A stretch of 64,000 nucleotides of DNA, taken from NCBI GenBank assembly GCA_040386535.1, contig JAZKFH010000013.1:384928-448927 (forward strand), written 5' to 3'. Positions 38,145 through 46,040 of this stretch are shown here, one piece after another. The first letter of the stretch is position 1, and each line of letters begins with the position of its first letter. Below the pieces are notes generated by a model. The model was not told the DNA's origin. It saw only the letters and a program-made list of their open reading frames with translations, and made no database searches. Both the position numbers and the translations under genes were made by a program. The DNA is from Myxococcota bacterium (lineage in GTDB: Bacteria > Myxococcota_A > UBA796 > SXON01).

Positions 38145-39452
38145 ATGGATCCGCGCCGCGCCTTGCCTTCCGTGGACCGCCTCGTCCGCGCGGCCCCCGA
38201 CCTGCCCCGTGTCGCGGCCACGCGCGCCGCCCGCGCCCTCGTCGCGGACGTGCGCGCCGGGGGCCCGCCGCCCTCCGACTGGGCGGACGCGTTGCGCGCC
38301 CGCGTGGCCATCGACGAGCGGATGCGGCTGCGCCCCGTCATCAACGCCACCGGCATCGTGCTGCACACGAACCTCGGGCGGGCGCCGCTGTCGCCCCGTG
38401 CGGCCGCGGCCGTGGCGGCGCTCGGCCAGGGCTACGCGAACGTCGAGCTGGACCTGGAGAGCGGGCGGCGGGGCGAGCGCCTGGACGGCGTGCGCGGGCC
38501 CCTCGCGGCGCTCACGGGCGCGGAGGACGCCGTCGCCGTCAACAACTGCGCCGCGGCCGTGTTGTTGATGCTCACGACGCTGGCGGCCGGGCGCGAGGTC
38601 GTCGTGTCCCGCGGCGAGCTCGTCGAGATCGGCGGCTCGTTCCGCGTGCCGGACGTCATCACGGCCGGCGGCGCGCGACTGGTCGAGGTGGGGACCACCA
38701 ACCGTACACGCGCGCATGACTACGCCCAGGCGATCGGCCCCGACACCGCGGCGATCCTGCGCGTGCACCCGTCCAACTTCCGGATCACGGGCTTCACCGA
38801 GGCGGCCACGCGGCCCGAGCTGGCCGAGATCGCCAAGGCGCGCGGCGTGCTCCTGCTCGAGGACCTGGGCGCGGGCGCGCTCGTGCCGGGGCTCGGCGAG
38901 CCCACGGTCGCGGAGGTCGTGGCCGAGGGCGTCGACGCGGCCTGCTTCTCCGGCGACAAGCTGCTCGGCGGCCCGCAGGCCGGCCTCATCGTGGGGAACA
39001 GCGCCTCGATCGGCGCGATGCGCAGGCACCCGCTCTACCGCGCCTTGCGGCTGGATCGGCTCGTGCTGGCCGCGCTCGAGGCGACCCTTCGCGGCTACCT
39101 CGTCGGGGAGGTGCCGCCGGCCGTCGCGATGCTCGCGCTCCGCGCGGTCGACCTGAAGCCGCGCGCCGAGGCGTGGGCGGCCCACCTGCGGGCGAACGGG
39201 ATCGCCGTCGAAGTGCTCCGCGATCAGGGCTTCTCCGGCGGGGGCAGCCTGCCCGGAGAGGGGCTCCCCACCTGGGTCGCGGCCCTCCGGGTGCCCGAGC
39301 CGGACCAGGTCTCCGCGCGTTTGCGCCGGGGCGAGCCCGCGGTCGTGGCGCGCGTGTCGGAGGATCGCGTTCGGCTCGATCCGCGCACCGTCGCGCCGGG
39401 GGAGGAGGCGGCGCTGCTGGCCGCCGTGGTCGTCGCGTGCCGCGGTATCTGA
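38145..39452 (+). CDS. selA: L-seryl-tRNA(Sec) selenium transferase
   Basis: VINATGIVLHTNLGRA, VNNCAAA, SRGELVEIGGSFR, EVGTTNRT, HPSNF and FSGDKLLGGPQAG (PLP Lys). Confidence 0.95.
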   Translation: MDPRRALPSVDRLVRAAPDLPRVAATRAARALVADVRAGGPPPSDWADALRARVAIDERMRLRPVINATGIVLHTNLGRAPLSPRAAAAVAALGQGYANVELDLESGRRGERLDGVRGPLAALTGAEDAVAVNNCAAAVLLMLTTLAAGREVVVSRGELVEIGGSFRVPDVITAGGARLVEVGTTNRTRAHDYAQAIGPDTAAILRVHPSNFRITGFTEAATRPELAEIAKARGVLLLEDLGAGALVPGLGEPTVAEVVAEGVDAACFSGDKLLGGPQAGLIVGNSASIGAMRRHPLYRALRLDRLVLAALEATLRGYLVGEVPPAVAMLALRAVDLKPRAEAWAAHLRANGIAVEVLRDQGFSGGGSLPGEGLPTWVAALRVPEPDQVSARLRRGEPAVVARVSEDRVRLDPRTVAPGEEAALLAAVVVACRGI

Positions 39453-39542
39453 AGCGTCGCGGCGAGAGATTTGGCGCTGCGAGGCGTCGGGGGCCCGCGA
39501 GGGCGCCCGCTCGGGCACGTCTCGGGTTAGGGGCCGCGGATC

Positions 39543-40508
39543 ATGTCCATCGGATTCTACGAGCTGCTCCAGGTGGCCCACGACGCCCCGCCCGACGCCG
39601 TGCGCGCCGCGTACCAGGAGCAGGTGGCGCAGGTGGTCCGGAAGCTGCGCGCGGCCGAGGCCCGCCAGCAGGACGTAGCGGCGATCGAGGCCCGCCGCGC
39701 CGCGATCGCCGAGGCGTGGGGCGTGTTGTCCGATCCGCTCCGCCGCCGCCGGTACGACCGGTATCGTGACCTCGCGCGGGGCACGCTCCCCGCCGATCCC
39801 GACGAGCTCTGGGCGCAGGCGGGCCCCTCGATGATCGATCCCGCCGCGGCCGCCGCGCTCCACGTGGTCCGCACCCTCACCGACCTGCGCGTGGGCGAGC
39901 CGGTGTCCGAGCTCGGCACGGCCGAGCCCGAGATCTCCGGCGTGCACGTGCGCGCCGACCGCCGGGAGGGCCGCAGCTCGGAGAGCCGCGAGCACCGCGG
40001 CACCGAGGCGACCGACCCGCGGCCGGACCTGCGAGGGCCCGAGCGCGTCCAGGTCCGCCTGGCCGAGGCGCCGCACGAGCCCCGCTCCCAGGAGAGCGGC
40101 GTCGTGGTCCCGCCCGCCCTCGTGCTCCCCCCGCCGTCCGTCGCCATGGCCGGCCGCAAGCCCGAGGCCCCCCGCCCGGCCCCCGTGAGCAGCCTCACCA
40201 TCGACCGCAACGTCGCCGCGGAAGACCTCGCGCGGCTCCTCGATCAGTACGGTCCCACCGGCGCGTTCCTGCGCGCCACTCGCGAGCTCCGCCGCAGCAC
40301 GCTGCCGCAGCTCTCCGCCACCACGCGCATCTCCCTTCGCTTCCTCGACGCGATGGAACGGGATGCGTACACCGACCTCCCCGGGGCCACGTTCGTGCGT
40401 GGCTACCTCAAGATGGTCGTTCGGGCGCTCGAGGCCATCCCGGCCGGCGCCGAAGTCGACGAATTCATCGAGGGCTACATGTCCCGCTTCTTCCGCGCCC
40501 GTGGCTGA
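39543..40508 (+). CDS. J-domain-like (no HPD) / RodZ-type HTH fusion protein
   Basis: N-terminal FYELLQV...AVRAAY...AWGVLSDP.RRRYD; C-terminal GAFLRATRE...TRIS..FL.AME...LP...FVRGYL. Confidence 0.75.
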   Translation: MSIGFYELLQVAHDAPPDAVRAAYQEQVAQVVRKLRAAEARQQDVAAIEARRAAIAEAWGVLSDPLRRRRYDRYRDLARGTLPADPDELWAQAGPSMIDPAAAAALHVVRTLTDLRVGEPVSELGTAEPEISGVHVRADRREGRSSESREHRGTEATDPRPDLRGPERVQVRLAEAPHEPRSQESGVVVPPALVLPPPSVAMAGRKPEAPRPAPVSSLTIDRNVAAEDLARLLDQYGPTGAFLRATRELRRSTLPQLSATTRISLRFLDAMERDAYTDLPGATFVRGYLKMVVRALEAIPAGAEVDEFIEGYMSRFFRARG

Positions 40509-41583
40509 ACGCCTCCACTGGGTCGCCACCTCCGGCACCGCACGGCTCGACCGGACCCTCGCCGACGCCTTCCCCACGATCTCCCGTGCCCGGTTCCAGG
40601 TGCTCATCGCCGAGGGCCGGGTCACGATCGACGGGGTGCCCGCCAAGGCCTCCGCGCACCCCACGTTCGGCCAGGTGGTCGAGGTCGAGGTGCCGGACGC
40701 CGTGGCCTCCACGATCGTGGGGGAGGACATCCCGCTCGACGTGCTCCACGAGGACGAGGATCTCATCGTCCTCGTCAAGCCCGCGGGCATGGTCGTGCAT
40801 CCGTCCGCCGGGCATGGCCACGGCACCCTCGTCAACGCGCTCCTCGGCCGCGCCGGCTCCCTCTCGACCATCGGCGGCGTCGAGCGCCCCGGCATCGTCC
40901 ACCGTCTCGACGGTGGCACGAGCGGCGTGATGGTGGTGGCGCGCAACGACGTGACGCACCGGGCGTTGTCGACCCTCTTCGCCGCGCACGACCTGGAGCG
41001 GCGCTACCTCGCCGTGGTGCACAAGGTGCCGCTTTTCGACGGCGGCACCATTCGCAGCATCATCGGGCGGGACCCGAAGGATCGCCTGCGCATGTCCTCG
41101 GTCCCGGACGACGTGCCCGCGCCCGTCGACGACGAGCCCGAGGTCATCGGCTACGTGTACGATGAAGACGAGCTCGAGGAGCCCGTGGTGCCCGAGCGCC
41201 GCCGCGGCCGCCTCGCCATCACGCAGTGGCGCACGCGCGCCAAGGCCGACCGCGTCGCGCTGGTCGAGTGCCGGCTGGAGACAGGCCGCACCCACCAGGT
41301 GCGCGTGCATCTGACCGAGTCGGGCCACCCCGTCGTGGGGGACACGGTCTACAACCGCCGCGATTGTGTGGCCCCCGCGGGCATCCGCGCGATGGTGGAC
41401 CAGCTGGGGCACCCGCTGCTCCACGCGTGGCACCTCGGGTTCCGCCACCCGCGGGACGGCCGGCCGATGGCGTTCTCGGCGCCCCCTCCGGCCGACTTCC
41501 TCGCGGTGTGCAAGGCGGCCGAGCTGACCGTCCCGCCGCTCGAGCTCACGCCCATGGCCCCGCCCGCGCGCCGACAGCACTGA
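40501..41583 (+). CDS. rluD: RluA/RluD family pseudouridine synthase with S4 domain
   Basis: RLD.., KPAGMVVHP, RPGIVHRLD..TSG, LETGRTHQVRVH, GD..Y and LHAW.LGF.HP. Confidence 0.9.
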   Translation: MAERLHWVATSGTARLDRTLADAFPTISRARFQVLIAEGRVTIDGVPAKASAHPTFGQVVEVEVPDAVASTIVGEDIPLDVLHEDEDLIVLVKPAGMVVHPSAGHGHGTLVNALLGRAGSLSTIGGVERPGIVHRLDGGTSGVMVVARNDVTHRALSTLFAAHDLERRYLAVVHKVPLFDGGTIRSIIGRDPKDRLRMSSVPDDVPAPVDDEPEVIGYVYDEDELEEPVVPERRRGRLAITQWRTRAKADRVALVECRLETGRTHQVRVHLTESGHPVVGDTVYNRRDCVAPAGIRAMVDQLGHPLLHAWHLGFRHPRDGRPMAFSAPPPADFLAVCKAAELTVPPLELTPMAPPARRQH

Positions 41584-41607
41584 CGAGCTGCCGGCTCTGC
41601 GGCTAGC

Positions 41608-42642
41608 CTACCCGGTGCAGAACCGGTCGGTCGTGGGGTCCTGGTCTACGTCGACCCAGAGCCCCTCGCGCCACACGGCCTGCTCGTCGTGCACCTCGAG
41701 GGCGAGGCACCCGATCTCTCCGTCGGGACACGCGATGCAGGTGTCCCCGAAGCTCGCCGCCAGGCCGCAGATGTCCATGTCCAGGCCCTCGGAGAGGGTG
41801 CGCGTGTCGAGCAGCCCGGTGAGCAAGAGGTCGTGCGCGGCGCTGCCGTCATCGGCAAACGTGCCGGTCACCGCGAGCGCGTAGATGCTGAAGGTGATGT
41901 CGTTGGCGAGCATCTCCGTGTCGAGCGGGCCGATCCCGAAGTCGGGGTGGGTCGTGTACGACGTGGGCGAAAAGTCGATGGCGTACGTGCAGGGGTACTG
42001 CGCGGTGGCGCCGCGGAACTCGTAGCCGGCGGCCCCGACCACATCGAGCTGCGCGGTGTCCGCGGCCTCGACCATGAACAGGATGCTGGTCGTGGCGAGG
42101 CTCCCGGCCAGGAACGAGCCCATCCCGGGGGCCACCCAGACGAGATCGCTGCTGTCGTCGAGCTCGATGTCGTAGGTGCGGTCGGTCAGGTCGACCGGGA
42201 GCGCCTCGCCCGGGGTCGTGAAGGAGGCGCTCACGGTGTCTTCGCACACGGTCGCCGTGGCCGTGTAGGTGGTGCCGTACGCGAAGTCGCTGTCGGGGAC
42301 GAACGTGGCGAAGGTGCCGCTGGCGCCGAGCGTCACGGTGCCCGAGACGCCGCCGTCGAGCGCGAGATCGGCTGCGGTCACCACCTCGGAGAACGTGGCG
42401 ACCACGGGCGCGTCGAGCGCCACGTCGAGCTCACCGTGCGCGGGCGACATCGAGACGACGGTGGCCGTGCAGGGGATGTCGGTGTCGGTGTCCGCGTCCG
42501 TGTCCGCATCGGTGTCGGTGTCCGTGTCCGCATCGGTGTCCGTGTCGGCGTCGCCGTCGGTGCCGATGGGGCCGGTGTCGTCGACAGGCTTCACGTCGGG
42601 CGTGCACGCGGAGAGGAGCAGGAAGGGGAGCCAGGTGCGCAT
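41608..42642 (-). CDS. Lipoprotein paralog 1: DT repeat, Ig-like (Big_5-like) domain and a shared Cys-containing C-terminal domain
   Basis: MRTWLPFLLLSA|C; SP..G..DV..D..V.ATFS; C-terminal domain homologous to the two neighbours. Confidence 0.75.
   Translation of the reverse strand: MRTWLPFLLLSACTPDVKPVDDTGPIGTDGDADTDTDADTDTDTDADTDADTDTDIPCTATVVSMSPAHGELDVALDAPVVATFSEVVTAADLALDGGVSGTVTLGASGTFATFVPDSDFAYGTTYTATATVCEDTVSASFTTPGEALPVDLTDRTYDIELDDSSDLVWVAPGMGSFLAGSLATTSILFMVEAADTAQLDVVGAAGYEFRGATAQYPCTYAIDFSPTSYTTHPDFGIGPLDTEMLANDITFSIYALAVTGTFADDGSAAHDLLLTGLLDTRTLSEGLDMDICGLAASFGDTCIACPDGEIGCLALEVHDEQAVWREGLWVDVDQDPTTDRFCTG
42480..42561 (-). repeat. Hexanucleotide-period repeat encoding (Asp-Thr/Ala)n
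   Basis: Encodes TDGDADTDTDADTDTDTDADTDADTDTD. Confidence 0.8.
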
Positions 42643-42759
42643 GAGGCCCTCGTTGCGGGGGGAGAAGGGATCCCACGGGATCGCCGCCGCCGCCGAGGCC
42701 ACCTATGGCTCGTCGGCGCGGCGATCAAGGATCGAGCAGCCGAATCTCGATGAAGGGGA

Positions 42760-43617
42760 CTACCCGTCGCAGACGGCGTCTTCAGCGGGGGGGCCCGATT
42801 CGCAGGCCTCGCAGTTGTTCCCGGGCACAAAAGCGACGGCCACGCCTTCGAGCTCGATGCCGGTGATGTCCTCGGCCACGAGGCTCAGGCAGAACTCCCC
42901 GCCGTCGGAGGGGCAGGCTTCGCAGGTCGCGCCGACGAACGCGGCGTATTCGCACACGATGCCCTCGGACCCGTCCCCGACCATCGCATCGAGGGGGCGC
43001 GTGTCGATCGTGCCCGAGAGCACGCCGTCCTCGAACGCGCTCCCGTCATCCTCGAACGTGCCGGTGACCAGCAGCTCCGTGAGCGCGATGGTCACGCCGC
43101 CCACGTCGAGCGACAGGTCGCTGGGCCCGATCTGGAAATCGGGGTTGCCGGTGAAGTCCGCGGTGGGGAAGTCGATGGTGGCGAGGCAGTAGTCCTGCTC
43201 CGCCGGGCTCGAACCCTCGACCGCGATGGTGCCGATCATCTCGATCTCGGTGTCGCTCACCGACACGACGCCGAGCAGGATCTCCTGCGTCAGGTAGCCG
43301 CTAAGAAAGCTCCCGATGCCGCTGGGCTCGGTGATCGTCGCGTCCGCGAGCGAGACCACGTAGGTCCGGCCGGTGAGGTCCTCCGTGACGTCGTCTCCCG
43401 TGTCGACATCGGTGTCCGTGTCGGTATCCGCGTCCGTGTCGGAGTCGGTGTCGGTATCCGAATCGGCGTCCGTGTCGGTGTCCGAATCGGCGTCCGTGTC
43501 GGTGTCCGTGTCGCCGCCCCCGCTGTCGTTGCCGATCGGACCGCTGTCGGTCGTCTCGATCTTGGTGTCTTCGGCGCAGCCGATGGAGAGGAGGAAGGCG
43601 AGGGAGAGCAGGCGCAT
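42760..43617 (-). CDS. Lipoprotein paralog 2: DT/DS repeat and the shared C-terminal domain
   Basis: MRLLSLAFLLSIG|C; DLTGRTY...EPSGIG...QDYC...FQIGP...GTIDTRPL. Confidence 0.75.
   Translation of the reverse strand: MRLLSLAFLLSIGCAEDTKIETTDSGPIGNDSGGGDTDTDTDADSDTDTDADSDTDTDSDTDADTDTDTDVDTGDDVTEDLTGRTYVVSLADATITEPSGIGSFLSGYLTQEILLGVVSVSDTEIEMIGTIAVEGSSPAEQDYCLATIDFPTADFTGNPDFQIGPSDLSLDVGGVTIALTELLVTGTFEDDGSAFEDGVLSGTIDTRPLDAMVGDGSEGIVCEYAAFVGATCEACPSDGGEFCLSLVAEDITGIELEGVAVAFVPGNNCEACESGPPAEDAVCDG
43400..43513 (-). repeat. Hexanucleotide-period repeat encoding (Asp-Thr/Ser/Ala)n
   Basis: Encodes DTDTDTDADSDTDTDADSDTDTDSDTDADTDTDTDVDT. Confidence 0.8.
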
Positions 43618-43707
43618 GGTTGGCTCTGGTTCGGGAGTAGTATGCAGGAGAGAGGCGGGGGCCCGCCAGCATGGGACGCAGTCACACGTGTGATCGGGGT
43701 GCCGCTG

Positions 43708-43775
43708 CAAAACTGGAGAGAGCCAGGGTCGCCCCTGGCTCTCGTCCTGTCTGGCCCCGCTACGACGAGCGGGGC
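43708..43775 (-). terminator. Tandem hairpins after lipoprotein paralog 3
   Basis: GCCCCGCT/AGCGGGGC at 43754-43775 and a perfect 11-bp stem GAGAGCCAGGG/CCCTGGCTCTC at 43718-43743, followed on the minus strand by TCCAGTTTT. Confidence 0.55.
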
Positions 43776-43784
43776 GTCAGCGCC

Positions 43785-44795
43785 TTACTCCTCGCAGATC
43801 GCGCCCTCGACCGGGGGGGCGGTCTCGCAGCCTTCGCAATCGCCCTGGGCGATGACGACGAGGGGGTTCCCGACGACCTCGAGGGCCTCGATCTGGTCGG
43901 CCACGAGGGTCAGGCAGTACGGCTCGTTGTCGGCCGGGCAGGCGCCGCAGAGCGCGCCGAAGCTGGCGGCGAGCTCGCAGATGGCGTTCGGATCGGGCTT
44001 CTTGGACGTGTCGACCAGGCCGACGAGCGGGCGGGTGTCGATCGTGCCGGCGAGGGTGCCGCCGGTGAAGTACGTGCCGTCGGAGGCGAAGGTGCCGGTG
44101 ATCTCGAGGTCACCGATCACGATCTCCAGGCCCGCCACCGCGAGGGTGGTGGTCTGGGGCCCGATCTGGAAGTACGGCTGCTCCGAGAAGTTGGCCACCG
44201 GGAACGGGATGCTGGACGTGCAGTAGTCCTGCACGGGGGGGACGGAGCCCTCGACGCCGATCGCGCCGATCATCTGGATCTCGGAGTCGTTCACGGACTG
44301 GACGCCGACCAGGATGTCCTGGGTCAGGTACGTGCCGAGGATCGCGCCGACGCCCGCGGGCTCGACGATGCGGGCCTCCGCGAGGTTGAGCGAGTACGTG
44401 CGGTCCTGGAGGATGTTCACGTCGGTGAGGGGCGTGCCGTCCGCCGAGGTGGTGAACGAGAGCTCGGACGCGCCGCGGCAGTAGTTGAGCGTGACCGTGT
44501 ACTGGGTCGACGGGTCGAGCGGGGCGTTGGGCGTGAAGATGATGGTCTCGCCGTCATCCACGACCGTGGTGGTGCCGACGATGTCGGAGGTCACGGTGGC
44601 GGTAGCGTCGGCCTCGGAGAGCTTGAACTCGATGGCCGCGCGGTAGTTGGCGTTCAGGGCGCCCGCGGTCGGGATCGTGCTGTCGATGCTGACCGTGCAC
44701 TCTTCGACGACCGGACCGCTTCCGGTGTCATCGGCTTTGTCGGCGCCCGTGCAGGCGGTGAACAACAGGGGAAGGAGCAGGAAGGTACGGGACAT
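43785..44795 (-). CDS. Lipoprotein paralog 3: Ig-like domain and the shared C-terminal domain
   Basis: MSRTFLLLPLLFTA|C; FTP..PL...T.YTV (Big_5-like); DRTY...EPAGVG...QDYC...FQIGP...GTIDTRPL. Confidence 0.75.
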   Translation of the reverse strand: MSRTFLLLPLLFTACTGADKADDTGSGPVVEECTVSIDSTIPTAGALNANYRAAIEFKLSEADATATVTSDIVGTTTVVDDGETIIFTPNAPLDPSTQYTVTLNYCRGASELSFTTSADGTPLTDVNILQDRTYSLNLAEARIVEPAGVGAILGTYLTQDILVGVQSVNDSEIQMIGAIGVEGSVPPVQDYCTSSIPFPVANFSEQPYFQIGPQTTTLAVAGLEIVIGDLEITGTFASDGTYFTGGTLAGTIDTRPLVGLVDTSKKPDPNAICELAASFGALCGACPADNEPYCLTLVADQIEALEVVGNPLVVIAQGDCEGCETAPPVEGAICEE

Positions 44796-44837
44796 GGTGT
44801 GGTCTCCTGGGTGCTCTCGTAAACGAGACGGCGGCGA

Positions 44838-44867
44838 ACTCTACACGGTCCCGTCACGGCCTGTCAA
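44838..44867 (-). promoter_or_regulatory. Sigma-70-type promoter of the lipoprotein cluster
   Basis: Minus strand TTGACA (44867-44862), 18 bp spacer, TAGAGT (44843-44838). Confidence 0.6.
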
Positions 44868-45130
44868 CCCGGCTTTCCCGCGGCGTCCTTGAGGCGCTGA
44901 TCGAGATCATGACGCACCGCGTCGAGCAGGCGAGCCTCGTCCTCGTCCAGATTGCCCTTCGTCTTCTCCGCGAGGATGCCGAGCAGCTCCATGGTCTGGC
45001 GTGCCAGGTTCAGATCGACGGGGCGTTGGGGGCCGCCGGGCTCGCGCACGCCGAGGTGCATCAGGCCCGAGCTGGCGAGCGAGATCACGAAGGTGCTGAA
45101 GGAGATTGGCGCTTCGACTTGGCTTGACAT
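44864..45130 (-). CDS. DUF1844 family protein
   Basis: FSTFVISLASSGLMHLG...LARQTMELLGILAEKTKGNL..DE..LL; GAGGAGG RBS. Confidence 0.85.
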   Translation of the reverse strand: MSSQVEAPISFSTFVISLASSGLMHLGVREPGGPQRPVDLNLARQTMELLGILAEKTKGNLDEDEARLLDAVRHDLDQRLKDAAGKPG

Positions 45131-45185
45131 GGTTCCTCCTCTGGGCGGCTCGCCCTATCACGGGGGACGAGATAGTCCCGGCGCC

Positions 45186-45932
45186 GTGAAGCGGCTTCTC
45201 CTTGCTTTTCTCTGTGTCTTCGTGCTCTCCGTCCCGGAGGCGCGTGCGGAGCGTCCGCGCATGAGCGCGCAGGAGGCCTACGAGTTGGGCCTCCGCTACC
45301 TCAAGAGCGGCTCCTACACCAAGGCGCTCGAGCAGCTGAACCGCGTGCGCACGTACTACCGGGACGATCCCTACGCGCTCAAGGCCGAGCTCGCGATCGC
45401 GGACGTGCACTTCAAGAAGAACGAGTGGGACGCCGCGCGGGTGGCTTACGACGAGTTCCAGCGGGCGCACCCTCGTTATCGTGACCTCGACTACGTGGTG
45501 TACCGCCTCGGCCTCACGCTGTACCGCAAGGCCCCGACCGTGGCGGCCCGCGACCAGACGTGGACCCGGCAGGCGGTCGACACGTGGACCCGCTTCGGCG
45601 CGCGGTTCCCCGAGAGCGACTGGCGGGACGAGGTCGAAGCGGACCTCGGCAAGGCTCGTGCGCGCCTCGCGCGCAAGGAGCTGATCATCGCGCGGTTCTA
45701 TACGCGCCGCGAGTCGTGGCAGAGCGTGGTGGGGCGCGTCGAGCCGCTCCTGCGCAACTACCCGGACAGCCCCGACAAGGTCGAGGCCATGGGCCTGCTG
45801 GGCGAGGCCTACGCGGGGCTCGAGCAGCGCGATCTGGCCCGCGCGGCAGCCGACCGCCTGCGTGCCGAGGCTCCGGGAAGCCGGGCGCTTCGCCGAGTCG
45901 AGAAGGCGATCGCTGCTCCTCCGGCGAAGTAG
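45186..45932 (+). CDS. bamD: Outer membrane protein assembly factor BamD
   Basis: TPR repeats, YDEFQRAHP, YVVYRLGL, RDQT, FPES and LARKEL.IARFY. Confidence 0.85.
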   Translation: MKRLLLAFLCVFVLSVPEARAERPRMSAQEAYELGLRYLKSGSYTKALEQLNRVRTYYRDDPYALKAELAIADVHFKKNEWDAARVAYDEFQRAHPRYRDLDYVVYRLGLTLYRKAPTVAARDQTWTRQAVDTWTRFGARFPESDWRDEVEADLGKARARLARKELIIARFYTRRESWQSVVGRVEPLLRNYPDSPDKVEAMGLLGEAYAGLEQRDLARAAADRLRAEAPGSRALRRVEKAIAAPPAK

Positions 45933-45986
45933 GCCGCGGTCGCGGGAGGGTTGCGGAGCGTCCAGGCGCTCCCAAAGTGCTCCCAG

Positions 45987-46020
45987 AAAAACGAACGGGC
46001 CCCGCCGAAGCGAGGCCCGC
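45987..46020 (-). terminator. Intrinsic terminator of the SDR gene
   Basis: Minus strand GCGGGCCTCGC-TTCG-GCGGGGCCCGT followed by TCGTTTTT. Confidence 0.75.
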
Positions 46021-46040
46021 TGTCGCAGCGCCGAACGCTC

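Noticed and set aside
39453..39542. Possible tRNA-Sec (selC) after selA
   Set aside because: No UCA anticodon loop, T-loop or cloverleaf is recognisable.
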